The position numbers and the translations under genes were made by a program. The notes below the pieces were generated by a model. The model was not told the origin of the DNA. It saw only the letters and a program-made list of their open reading frames with translations, and made no database searches. A stretch of 64,000 bases of DNA. It comes from Pseudomonadales bacterium (GTDB lineage Bacteria > Pseudomonadota > Gammaproteobacteria > Pseudomonadales > Pseudohongiellaceae). Shown here one piece after another: positions 17,662-26,671 of the stretch. Numbering within the stretch: position 1 is the stretch's first letter; each line of letters opens with the position of its first letter. The stretch is taken from contig OY761612.1 in the NCBI GenBank assembly GCA_963664805.2, forward strand, positions 1,288,368 through 1,352,367, in the 5' to 3' direction.

Positions 17662-19452
17662 ATGCTGCCGCAATCAGCGCTTGAGAATTGCGCCATGCAC
17701 AGAATGTCTTGCTTGTACCTTGCTCTGCTGGCACCACTGGCGGTGGCCCAGACCGGGCCGCTTGAGCCGGTCACCGACGCCATGCTGGCGGACCCGCCGC
17801 CCGGCTCGTGGCTGAACTGGCGCGGAGACCAGGGAAGCTGGGGCTATAGCGAACTCGATCAGATCGATACTGGCAATGTGCATCAGCTGCAGTTGGTCTG
17901 GTCCTGGTCTTTTGACGATACCGGCGGCGGCCAAGCCGCGCCGCTCGTGCACGACGGCGTCCTGTTCCTGCCGGCGCCGCGGGGCGTAATCCAGGCGCTC
18001 GATGCGGTTTCGGGCGATCTGTTGTGGGAATATCGACCCGGCGTCACCCCCGCGCTGGAAGGCTCGGGCGCGGTGCCGCTCGGCCCCGAACAACTTGGCG
18101 ACGCGGTCCTGCCCGCTACCGCCTGGGCCGGCGTGGGCCGCGGCGTGCAAAAGAACATCGCCATCTATGGAGACAGGATTTTCGCCGCGACCGAGAACGC
18201 CAGCGTGCTCGCGCTGGATGCCCGAACCGGGCTGCTGGCGTGGGAATCTCCGGTGGTCGATCCGGCCATGGGGTACAACTATGTCGCCGGTCCGATCATC
18301 GCCGACGGCGTTGTCGTCACGGGCATGAGCGGTTGCGAGCGCTTCAAGGAAGGCGCCTGCTTTATTACCGGCCACGATCCCGACACCGGCCGGGAACTCT
18401 GGCGCACGAGCACCATCGCCCTGCCCGGCAAACCCGGCGGCGACTCCTGGGGCGACCTGCCGCTGGAGTTCCGCGCCGGCGGCGATAGCTGGATCTCCGG
18501 CAGTTACGACCCCGCGACCGGCCTGGTCTATATCGGCACCGCCCAGGCCAAGCCCTGGGCGCGCGTCGTGCGCGGCACCGACGGCGACGCGCTTTACACC
18601 AACAGCACCCTGGCGCTCGACCCGCATAGCGGCGAGATCGTCTGGTACTACCAGCATCTGCCGGGCGAAACCCATGACATGGACGAAGTCTTCGAAGCGG
18701 TGCTGATCGATGTGGATGGTCGCCGGTCGCTGTTCAAGATGGGCAAGCTCGGCATTCTCTGGCAACTCGACCGGATGACGGGCGAATTCATCGCCGGCAC
18801 CGACATCGGCTACCAGACCATCGTCGACCTCGATCCCGTCACCGGCAGCGTGCGCTATCGCGACGGCATGATCCCGCGCATCGGCCAGGAACTCGACATG
18901 TGCCCGAGCACCTCGGGCTTCAAGAGCTGGCGCGCCATGTCCTATTCGCCGCAGACACAGGCGCTGTACATCCCCATCACCCTGAACTGCGAACTGGCGA
19001 CCTTCGGCCCGGTTGAATTCGAAATCGGCGGCGGCGGCACCGGTCCCGTGCGCCGGATCAACTATCCGCATCCCGATGCCGAAGGCAATCTCGGCGAATT
19101 GCTCGTGCTCGGCGTGCCCGGCGGCGAAGTGCGCTGGCGCTATCGCTCGCGGGCGCCCGTCAATACCGCCGCCCTGGCGACCGCGGGCGACCTGATTTTC
19201 GTCGGCGACTACGACCGGCGCGTGTTCGCCTTCGATGCCGGGAACGGCGAGATACTCTGGCAGACCCGGGTCAATACTTCGGCCCAGGGCTTTCCGATCA
19301 CTTACATGATCGACGGGCGCCAATACATTGCCTTGCCCGCCGGAGTCGGCGGGGCAAGCTGGTCTAACATGCTGCCGCGGGAACTCGCGCCCGAATTGCG
19401 CCGCCCCGCGCGCGGCAATGCGATTCACGTTTTTGCCTTGCCGGAGAACTGA
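17662..19452 (+). CDS. PQQ-dependent dehydrogenase, methanol/ethanol family-like beta-propeller, exported
   Basis: 596-aa ORF with signal MHRMSCLYLALLAPLAVAQ. The N-terminal signature is WLNWRGDQGSWGYSELDQIDTGNVHQLQLVWSW. Repeated propeller W motifs follow. Alternative start at ATG 17695. Confidence 0.75.
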   Translation: MLPQSALENCAMHRMSCLYLALLAPLAVAQTGPLEPVTDAMLADPPPGSWLNWRGDQGSWGYSELDQIDTGNVHQLQLVWSWSFDDTGGGQAAPLVHDGVLFLPAPRGVIQALDAVSGDLLWEYRPGVTPALEGSGAVPLGPEQLGDAVLPATAWAGVGRGVQKNIAIYGDRIFAATENASVLALDARTGLLAWESPVVDPAMGYNYVAGPIIADGVVVTGMSGCERFKEGACFITGHDPDTGRELWRTSTIALPGKPGGDSWGDLPLEFRAGGDSWISGSYDPATGLVYIGTAQAKPWARVVRGTDGDALYTNSTLALDPHSGEIVWYYQHLPGETHDMDEVFEAVLIDVDGRRSLFKMGKLGILWQLDRMTGEFIAGTDIGYQTIVDLDPVTGSVRYRDGMIPRIGQELDMCPSTSGFKSWRAMSYSPQTQALYIPITLNCELATFGPVEFEIGGGGTGPVRRINYPHPDAEGNLGELLVLGVPGGEVRWRYRSRAPVNTAALATAGDLIFVGDYDRRVFAFDAGNGEILWQTRVNTSAQGFPITYMIDGRQYIALPAGVGGASWSNMLPRELAPELRRPARGNAIHVFALPEN

Positions 19453-19456
19453 GCCC

Positions 19457-19864
19457 TTGCGATTCGCCCTGGCAACGACCTGCTGGGCCGCGCTGGGAGC
19501 GGCTTCGGCAACATCGGCGGCCGGCCTCGGCGACGGCTTGTACAGTTCCGAACAGGCTGCCCGCGGCGCGGAAGCCTATCGCGCCACCTGTTCCTCCTGT
19601 CACGCGCTCGATCTGCGCGGCAACAGCAATTCTCCCGGCCTGCGCGGAATCGGATTCCTGTTCGTCTGGGAGGGCCGCAGCCTGGGCGAGTTCTACACGC
19701 AGATGCGCACGACCATGCCGCAGGAAAGTCCCGGCTCGCTGACGGAAGGCCAGTATCTCGACATCCTCGCGTACATCCTCGAGCAGAATGAATATCCCGC
19801 GGGCGGCGCCGATCTTGCCAATGCCTCGGGCGAATTGGACACTGTCGTCATCAGCGCGCCTTGA
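19457..19864 (+). CDS. Monoheme c-type cytochrome, likely electron acceptor of the adjacent PQQ dehydrogenase
   Basis: CSSCH heme site with a distal Met in TTMPQ. An in-frame TTG at 19457 lies 5 nt after the dehydrogenase stop. The leader is hydrophobic. The exact start is uncertain. Confidence 0.6.
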   Translation: MRFALATTCWAALGAASATSAAGLGDGLYSSEQAARGAEAYRATCSSCHALDLRGNSNSPGLRGIGFLFVWEGRSLGEFYTQMRTTMPQESPGSLTEGQYLDILAYILEQNEYPAGGADLANASGELDTVVISAP

Positions 19865-19887
19865 CGCCCCTTGAGAGAGACCCAGAC

Positions 19888-21078
19888 ATGAACTCATTTC
19901 GATTCTTTCGACTGCAAATTTCGCGGCTTTTCGCGCTTTTGAGCTGCCTGGCGCTGTTCGCGCAAGCGTCCGTCCAGGCCCAGGACTCGGACGAGCGGCC
20001 GCGGGCGCGGGAAGCCGGCGTCATCGTCGGCGTTTTCGAACCCGGTCCGCTGAACGCCATCACCGACGTGGAAGGCGTGCGCGTCGGCCAGAGCACGGTG
20101 ATCCGCGGCGACGACATCCGCACCGGCGTCACGGCGATCATCCCCGCACCGGGCAACCTTTACACCCACCCGATTCCCGCGTGGATTCACGTCGGCAACG
20201 GCTACGGCAAGTTGATCGGCGAAACCCAGGTGCGCGAGTTCGGCGAAATCGAGACTCCCATATTGCTCGTTTGCACCTTGTGCGTCTGGAGCGCCGCCAA
20301 CGCGCTCAAGGAATGGAATTACGAACAGCCCGGCATGGGCGAACACACCTTGAATCCCATCGTCGGCGAAACCAACGACGGCCGCGTGAACGACATGTGG
20401 GCCGATCCGGTCGGGCGCGACGAAGTTTTCGAGGCGCTCGACAACGCCGCCTCCGGGCCCGTCGCCGAGGGTTCGGTCGGCGCGGGAACCGGCACCCAGG
20501 CCTTCGGCTGGAAAGGCGGCATCGGCACGAGTTCGCGCGTATTGCCAGCCGATCTCGGCGGCTACACCATCGGCGTGCTCGTACAGACCAACTATGGCGG
20601 CATACTCGAAATCAACGGCGCCCCCGTGGGCCGGGAACTGGGCAATTATTCCTTCCGGACCTCGATCGAGGGCGAGGACCAGGACCGCGAAGACGGCTCG
20701 ATCATGATGGTGGTTGCGACCGACGCTCCGCTCGACAGCCGCGGCCTGCAAAGGCTTTCGATGCGCGCCATGATGGGCCTTGCGCGCACCGGTTCGTTCG
20801 CAAGCAACGGCTCGGGCGATTACGTGATTGCGTTTTCGGCCAATCCCAGCGTGCGCCGCCCGCGCAGCAGCAATGCGCCGGTACCGACCGAAGTGCTGGT
20901 GAACGAGGCCATGTCGCCCTTGTTCGCGGCCACAGCCGAAGCGACCGAGGAAGCGATCTACAACGCCATCTTCAAGGCGACAACGGTCAGCAGCGCCCGC
21001 GGGGAGTTGCGCGCGATTCCCCTCGATGAAGTACTCGAAATCCTGCGTGAATACAATGCGATTGTTGAACCTCTTTAG
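19888..21078 (+). CDS. P1/S58-family peptidase (DmpA/BapA-like aminopeptidase), exported
   Basis: Signal MNSFRFFRLQISRLFALLSCLALFAQASVQA. DmpA-like segments are GVRVGQSTV, TGVTAIIP and VGAGTGTQAFGWKGGIGTSSR. Confidence 0.7.
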   Translation: MNSFRFFRLQISRLFALLSCLALFAQASVQAQDSDERPRAREAGVIVGVFEPGPLNAITDVEGVRVGQSTVIRGDDIRTGVTAIIPAPGNLYTHPIPAWIHVGNGYGKLIGETQVREFGEIETPILLVCTLCVWSAANALKEWNYEQPGMGEHTLNPIVGETNDGRVNDMWADPVGRDEVFEALDNAASGPVAEGSVGAGTGTQAFGWKGGIGTSSRVLPADLGGYTIGVLVQTNYGGILEINGAPVGRELGNYSFRTSIEGEDQDREDGSIMMVVATDAPLDSRGLQRLSMRAMMGLARTGSFASNGSGDYVIAFSANPSVRRPRSSNAPVPTEVLVNEAMSPLFAATAEATEEAIYNAIFKATTVSSARGELRAIPLDEVLEILREYNAIVEPL

Positions 21079-21136
21079 GGGCGGGGCATGTTCCGCCCGG
21101 AACGGGAATCGACGCCGTTCCCGCGACGGGCGAGGC

Positions 21137-23164
21137 ATGTCTGGCCCCCACAGCGCAATTCATGGGACATCCATCCGCGCACCGCGGATTTCCGCTTTGC
21201 CAACTCATGGGACACCCATTCGTGCGATATGGATTTCCGCATTTGCGGCGCTATGTCTAGCGCTTGCGGCCTGCCGTCCCGCACCTGAAGACGATGCCGC
21301 AGGCACCTGGCCGCATCACGGCGCCGATCATTCTTCAAGCAAGTACGCGCCGCACGGTCAGATCGACCGCAACAATTTCTCCGAGCTTGAAATCGCCTGG
21401 ACCTGGGCCTCGGCCGATTCGCGCATCGACGAGGAATTGCGTTATTTCACCGGCGACTACCGCGCCACGCCGATCTTTGTCGATGGCGTGCTCTATACCG
21501 CCACCAATCATTCCCAGGTCGTGGCGCTCGATCCGGCAAGCGGCGAGGAACTATGGCTGTTCGACCCGGAAAGCTATCGCGCCGGGCCGCCCAATTTCTC
21601 TCCGGTACAGACCCGCGGCATCGAATATTGGACCGACGGCGAAATCGAACGCATATTCATCGCCACATTAGGAAAGCAATTGGTTTCGATAAACGTCGAA
21701 ACCGGCCGTCCTGACCCGAATTTCGGCGATAACGGCTTCGTTGATCTGCGCGGCGAACTTGGCCGACTCGAATTCGAGATGAACAACATCACCCATGGCG
21801 CGCCGCCGATCGCCGTCGGCAGCAGCGTGATCATCGGCTCGAAGATCTACGACTACATCATGTCCAACCGCAGCCCGCCGGGCCATGTGCGCGCCTACGA
21901 CGCCTACACCGGCGAATTCAAATGGCGTTTCAATACGATTCCCCAGCCCGGAGAGCCCTATAACGAGACCTGGGAAAACGGCTCCTGGGCGACCACGGGC
22001 AACACCAATGTCTGGTCCTTCATGTCCGCCGACGACGAAGCGGGAATCGTCTACCTGCCCGTTTCCACGCCGACCAACGACTATTGGGGCGGCATGCGCC
22101 ATGGCGAGAATGTCTTCGCCGAAAGCCTGGTCGCGCTCGATGCCGATACCGGCGAGCGAATCTGGCATTTCCAGACGGTGCACCACGGCATCTGGGACTA
22201 CGACATCGCGTCGGCGCCCAACCTGGTCGACATCGTCGTCGAGGGCACGCCGATCAAGGCCGTCGCGCAGGTGTCGAAGACCGGCTTTACCTACGTGTTC
22301 GACCGTCTCACGGGAGAACCGGTGTGGCCCATAGAAGAGCGGCCCGTGCCGCCTAGCACGGTCCCCGGCGAGAGACTGCATCCGACCCAGCCCATTCCAA
22401 CCTGGCCCCTGCCCTTCGAGCAGATCGGCATCACCGAAGACGACCTGATCGATTTCACGCCGGAATTGCGCGCCGAAGCCGAACGGATCGCGAGCGAATA
22501 CGTTATCGGCCCAATCTTTACGCCAACCATCGTTGCCGGTCAGGACGGCAAGCGCTCGACCATCGTCGTGCCCGGCGCCGGGGGCGGTGCCAACTTTCCC
22601 GGCGCTTCGCTGGATCCGGAAACCGGAGTGCTCTACATTCCTTCGGTAACCCGCCCCACCGGCATGTCCCTGGTCGAGCCTACCCCGGGCGCTTCGGACT
22701 GGCCCTACGTAATCCGCTACGACAGCACCTCCGGACCGCAAGGTCTGCCCTTGCTCAAGCCGCCTTACCGGCGCATTACCGCCATCGACCTCAATACCGG
22801 CGAACACATCTGGCAGATTCCCTTCGGCAAGGGCCCCACGGACCACCCCGCCATCGCCCATTTGAATCTCGGCCCCTTGGGCAGCGTGTTCAACGATGTC
22901 ATCGCCGAGGGAGGCGTACTCATCACCGAAACCCTGCTCATCTCCTATCTGGCGCAGAGGGATGAAATCGACCGGGAGGCCACGGGCTCGATCCTCGTCG
23001 CCCACGACAAGCAAACAGGAGAATTACTCGGCGAGATCATGGTTGACCAGCGCCTTCACGGCGCCCCAATGAGCTACGAACACGAAGGCCGGCAATACAT
23101 CGCCGCAGCCGCCGGCGGCCGCGACGGAGATTTCGGCGAACTGGTGGTGTTTGCCCTGCCCTGA
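21137..23164 (+). CDS. PQQ-dependent dehydrogenase, glucose/quinate/shikimate family-like, probable lipoprotein
   Basis: Lipobox LALAAC follows a long N-region. Motifs include WPHHGADHSSSKYAP, HHGIWDYDIASAPNLVDI and GGANFPGAS. The start is uncertain (ATG 21137 or 21026). Confidence 0.7.
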   Translation: MSGPHSAIHGTSIRAPRISALPTHGTPIRAIWISAFAALCLALAACRPAPEDDAAGTWPHHGADHSSSKYAPHGQIDRNNFSELEIAWTWASADSRIDEELRYFTGDYRATPIFVDGVLYTATNHSQVVALDPASGEELWLFDPESYRAGPPNFSPVQTRGIEYWTDGEIERIFIATLGKQLVSINVETGRPDPNFGDNGFVDLRGELGRLEFEMNNITHGAPPIAVGSSVIIGSKIYDYIMSNRSPPGHVRAYDAYTGEFKWRFNTIPQPGEPYNETWENGSWATTGNTNVWSFMSADDEAGIVYLPVSTPTNDYWGGMRHGENVFAESLVALDADTGERIWHFQTVHHGIWDYDIASAPNLVDIVVEGTPIKAVAQVSKTGFTYVFDRLTGEPVWPIEERPVPPSTVPGERLHPTQPIPTWPLPFEQIGITEDDLIDFTPELRAEAERIASEYVIGPIFTPTIVAGQDGKRSTIVVPGAGGGANFPGASLDPETGVLYIPSVTRPTGMSLVEPTPGASDWPYVIRYDSTSGPQGLPLLKPPYRRITAIDLNTGEHIWQIPFGKGPTDHPAIAHLNLGPLGSVFNDVIAEGGVLITETLLISYLAQRDEIDREATGSILVAHDKQTGELLGEIMVDQRLHGAPMSYEHEGRQYIAAAAGGRDGDFGELVVFALP

Positions 23165-23184
23165 AAAACGTCAGCGAATCAGGG

Positions 23185-24327
23185 TTAGAGGAATTCCCGC
23201 TGCCAGAGGCTGCGAAGAAAATCTTCCCAATGAAGGTGCCGGACACCGCTGTCGAACTGGGCTGCCTGCCGGTCCCTCGAGACCAGCAACAGGTGTTGCC
23301 AGTTCCGCTCCTCCGCGATTGCCCGCAGGCCCTTGTGATCGCGCTGGCTCACCGATTCCGTACTCTTGGCTTCGATGGCGAGTTCTTCGCCGATCACGAA
23401 ATCAACTTCAATACCGGTGCGCGTGCGCCAATACTGCAAGGGCTGACGGATCCGGTTGTAGCTGAGGAAGGCGCGAATTTCGCAGGCGAGGAAGTGCTCG
23501 AATGACATACCGAAAACGTCGCTCGATGGGTCGAGCGGCCGGGCGCCGCGCAGTGTGTGCGCAACGCCAGGGTCGAACAGGTAAAACTTGGCGGTATGTA
23601 CGGGTTTCCTCGCCGTCGAACCACGCCAGGGAGGCACTTGGAATCCCGTCAGCGTGTCCTCAAGGATCTGGTAGTAATCTCGGACGGTATTCGGCGCGAG
23701 TTGCGCGTCGTTGGCGACCTTCGTGTAGTTCAGTACACGGGAATTGTTGAACGCCGCGCTTTGCAAGAATCTCGTGTAGTTGGGCAGATTGCGAACGAGT
23801 CCCTCGAACTGGATTTCCTCCTTCAGATAGGTTTCCACGTAGGCGTACAAGTAGTCATCCGCGTCCTCCCCAAGCCATGCCGTCGGCAATCCGCCGAAGC
23901 GCAGGTAGCGGTGCAGGTCGAACCCGCCGTGGCGGGTTAACTCGAACCAGGTCAGCGGAAACAACTCGGCCCGGAACGCCCTGCCCGCCAGCAGGTTCAC
24001 GCCTTGCCGGCGCAGGCTGCGCGCGCTGCTTCCGGTCAGCAGGAACCGCTGTTGCCGAGACTCGATGGCGCGATGCGCTTCATTGAGCAATTCAGGGATG
24101 CGCTGAATTTCGTCGATTACCGTCAGCGGCTTCGAGAGCATGGAATGCAACAGTGATGGGTCCGCCTTAAGGCGCAGATAGGTGCGCGAATCGAGCAGAT
24201 CGATATAGTCCGCCACGTCCAGACAGCTAGCCCGAATGAGGAAGCTTTTGCCGCTGCCGCGCGGTCCCAACAGAAAATGCGAGGATCTGCCCAGCAGTTC
24301 CGGCAAATCGAGTTGACGAAAAATCAT
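23185..24327 (-). CDS. AAA-type ATPase with a DUF4143-like C-terminal region
   Basis: 380-aa ORF. Walker A is LLGPRGSGKSFL and Walker B-like is LTVIDEIQRIPELL. The layout is typical of AAA_14 plus DUF4143 proteins. Confidence 0.7.
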   Translation of the reverse strand: MIFRQLDLPELLGRSSHFLLGPRGSGKSFLIRASCLDVADYIDLLDSRTYLRLKADPSLLHSMLSKPLTVIDEIQRIPELLNEAHRAIESRQQRFLLTGSSARSLRRQGVNLLAGRAFRAELFPLTWFELTRHGGFDLHRYLRFGGLPTAWLGEDADDYLYAYVETYLKEEIQFEGLVRNLPNYTRFLQSAAFNNSRVLNYTKVANDAQLAPNTVRDYYQILEDTLTGFQVPPWRGSTARKPVHTAKFYLFDPGVAHTLRGARPLDPSSDVFGMSFEHFLACEIRAFLSYNRIRQPLQYWRTRTGIEVDFVIGEELAIEAKSTESVSQRDHKGLRAIAEERNWQHLLLVSRDRQAAQFDSGVRHLHWEDFLRSLWQREFL

Positions 24328-24370
24328 TGCAAATCCGCAGTTGCTCCGTGGATTTGCAATGATAATCCAC
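24326..24370 (-). promoter_or_regulatory. Two mutually exclusive hairpins spanning the start codon and RBS of the DUF4143 ATPase gene
   Basis: Arm attgcaaatccgc (24326-24338, which includes the start codon) pairs with gtggatttgcaat (24348-24360). The same gtggatt can instead pair with aatccac (24364-24370). GGAG sits in the loop. Confidence 0.4.
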
Positions 24371-24422
24371 GAAACGACCGCGTGTCACCATGTGATGGCT
24401 ACGGGCGCTTGCTATGCCGACT

Positions 24423-25316
24423 CTAGGTGCGATCCATGAAATCGCGGAGCGCCGATACTACCGGTTCAGGTGCTTCTTCGGTCAGATAGTGCCCGCAATC
24501 GGCAAATTCATGCAGTTCGAAATCCATCAATTCGGATTTCCAGCGTTCAAGTTCTTTTTGGCGAAACGCGATGTCCTTGAAACCCCAAAGCAACAATGCC
24601 GGCTTGCCGGTAAAAGCCTCACGGTCCTTCCAGATCCGCTCCAACCAATTGCTTGCGCCTACTATGTGGCCCGGCAAAGCTGCACTAGCCGCACGCGCAA
24701 CAGGTGACGGTAATGCACTGCGGTAGTGCGCCATGACATCAGATGTCAGAACTTTGCGGTCGCCTACCGCCATCGGCATCAACCTGTTTACAAAAAAATT
24801 GTGATTTCGAATGAGGTACTGACCCAGCCAACTCGCCATAAGAAAGCTAAAAGACTTGAAATGGAAATCATCGCCAACCGGCCAGCACCACGTATTCGAT
24901 ATAACCAATCGCTTGATACGCTCTGGATGCTTCCGCGCGAAATCTAGGCCGATCGGTCCACCCCAGTCAGTCAGGAATAGAGTAATGTCATGGAGGTCAA
25001 GATGATCGAGCAGCAAGGCGAGGCGATGCGCATGGCTTTCCGGGCTAGGATCTTCATGCCGGTTACTGCGCGATGAGAGACCGAAGCCGATATGGTCGAG
25101 AGCGATACAGCGAAAATTGGAACGAAGCCCGACGATTGGCTGGCGAAAGACAAAAGACCAGGTTGGATTGCCGTGAACAAAGACAATCGGTTCGCCCTTC
25201 CCTTCATCGATAAAGTGCATCAGATGATCCGGCGCTATTGTTAAGTACCGGGATTCGAACGGATACAAGTCACAAGAAACCCAGTCGGGACGAGAACTCG
25301 ACACTGTAGTGCTCAT
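24423..25316 (-). CDS. Alpha/beta hydrolase, haloalkane dehalogenase-like
   Basis: VHGNPTWSFVFR (compare the HGxPTWSYLYR of dehalogenases). Nucleophile elbow LTDWGGPIG (Asp-Trp). C-terminal GHYLTEE holds the His. It overlaps the upstream SRPBCC gene by 1 nt. Confidence 0.6.
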   Translation of the reverse strand: MSTTVSSSRPDWVSCDLYPFESRYLTIAPDHLMHFIDEGKGEPIVFVHGNPTWSFVFRQPIVGLRSNFRCIALDHIGFGLSSRSNRHEDPSPESHAHRLALLLDHLDLHDITLFLTDWGGPIGLDFARKHPERIKRLVISNTWCWPVGDDFHFKSFSFLMASWLGQYLIRNHNFFVNRLMPMAVGDRKVLTSDVMAHYRSALPSPVARAASAALPGHIVGASNWLERIWKDREAFTGKPALLLWGFKDIAFRQKELERWKSELMDFELHEFADCGHYLTEEAPEPVVSALRDFMDRT

Positions 25317-25819
25317 CAGACCAACAATTTCTCAAGCTTTGACAGACAGCCGGACCAGCCCCGTTCATGCTCATCTCTGGTTTCGGTTTGTTCGAACCGA
25401 GAATGCGTAAGTGTCAATAACGTCTTGCCGGGCGCTGCCAACTCAAAATCTACAGCGACCAATGACTCGACACCACTGCCATCCCACACCCAGGTATGCA
25501 CTAATCGTCTGAGCGGTTCGACTTCCCGATACACACCTCGAAGGCGCCATATCGTTCCATCAGATGCTCGAATCTCGACGAGGAGTTCCCCACCGACCAT
25601 GACATTGGCAACCGCGATTTTTACTTCAGCATCCCCGGGAGCAAACCATTTTTTCAGAATTTCAGAGTTTGTCCATGCAGCATAAACCTCATCCAATGGT
25701 GCATTGATAATACGATTCAGCGTCAAGCGGATATCGGATTCGCGCGCCTTGTCGGTAAAGGCGCCAGACTTGGCGCTTTCTGCGTAGGGCTGTCGTACCG
25801 CTGATTCTTGTCTTGCCAT
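25316..25819 (-). CDS. SRPBCC-superfamily (AHSA1-like) protein
   Basis: 167-aa ORF with GGAGAA upstream. It shows the typical LTLNRIINAPLDEVYAAWTNSEILKKWF start of the AHSA1/SRPBCC fold. The ArsR-SRPBCC pairing is common. Confidence 0.6.
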   Translation of the reverse strand: MARQESAVRQPYAESAKSGAFTDKARESDIRLTLNRIINAPLDEVYAAWTNSEILKKWFAPGDAEVKIAVANVMVGGELLVEIRASDGTIWRLRGVYREVEPLRRLVHTWVWDGSGVESLVAVDFELAAPGKTLLTLTHSRFEQTETRDEHERGWSGCLSKLEKLLV

Positions 25820-25833
25820 TTCGATTCTCCAGA

Positions 25834-26166
25834 CTATTCCGGATTTCCATTGTCCGGTTCAAACAGTGTATTGAGCGCATCCAGTCGTCCTGACCAAAAA
25901 CGCGCATGAAATTCGAGCCAGTCCCGCGCATCCTTAATTGCTCCAGGATTGATCCTGCATACTCTTTCTCGTCCTCGCGTTTCGCGGGTGATGAGGCCAG
26001 CGCGCTCGAGCACGCCGAGATGTTTCGATACCGCAGCCAATGACAAGGGAAAAGGTTGGGAAATCTGGCCCACGGTAGCTTCCCGAGAGGCCAGACCACT
26101 CAGGATAGCGCGTCGGGTCGGATCGGAAAGTGCATGAAACACTCGATTCAAACTTTGTTCAACCAT
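25834..26166 (-). CDS. ArsR/SmtB-family transcriptional regulator
   Basis: Trimmed to MVEQSLNRVFHALSDPTRRAILSGL.... The winged-HTH segment is VGQISQPFPLSLAAVSKHLGVLERAGLI. The ORF-track start at 26202 is a TTG extension. Confidence 0.75.
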   Translation of the reverse strand: MVEQSLNRVFHALSDPTRRAILSGLASREATVGQISQPFPLSLAAVSKHLGVLERAGLITRETRGRERVCRINPGAIKDARDWLEFHARFWSGRLDALNTLFEPDNGNPE

Positions 26167-26211
26167 ACGGTTTAATGTATAGTCTGTTACCCTGATTGTC
26201 AACCATACGGT
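26158..26211. promoter_or_regulatory. Two copies of a TCAACCATACGGT box spaced 40 bp apart in the arsR/tfoX-like divergent region
   Basis: ttcaaccatacggt (26158-26171) overlaps the ArsR start codon. gtcaaccatacggt lies at 26198-26211. Each box contains an imperfect palindrome, ACCATACGGT. Confidence 0.4.
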
Positions 26212-26279
26212 AGAATAAATTCAGGTTGGTTCAGAGCGCAGAAATTGACTTCCCCCATCCACTGTCAAATTGCAACGTG

Positions 26280-26606
26280 ATGAGTGACCAACTGTTAGTT
26301 GACCGCATTCGACAATTCCTGTCACTACGCAAGGGATATTCTGAACGTAATATGTTCGGAACCGTCTGCTTCATGATAAATGGCAACATGTGTGCCAGCG
26401 TCTGGCAGGATTCCCTTATCGTACGACTTGGCAAGAACGGATATGACAAGGTGCTGACCAAACCGCATGTAAAACCGGCTGACATGAACGGTCGCATCAT
26501 GAAAGGATGGGTGCTTGTCAATTCTGCGGGAATTGCATCAGACGAAAAGCTTGCGAAATGGCTGGACAGGGCCGCTGAATTTTCCGGCTCTCTTCCGCCC
26601 AAGTGA
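26280..26606 (+). CDS. TfoX/Sxy N-terminal-domain protein
   Basis: MSDQLLVDRIRQFLSLRKGYSERNMFGTVCFMINGNMCASVWQDSLIVRL matches the TfoX_N pattern as I remember it. Confidence 0.55.
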   Translation: MSDQLLVDRIRQFLSLRKGYSERNMFGTVCFMINGNMCASVWQDSLIVRLGKNGYDKVLTKPHVKPADMNGRIMKGWVLVNSAGIASDEKLAKWLDRAAEFSGSLPPK

Positions 26607-26671
26607 CGCATCTATCGTCAAAGGTTTCAGCAGCACTCGTCAGAGCCTTCTTCCTGGACGATGTATGTGCT

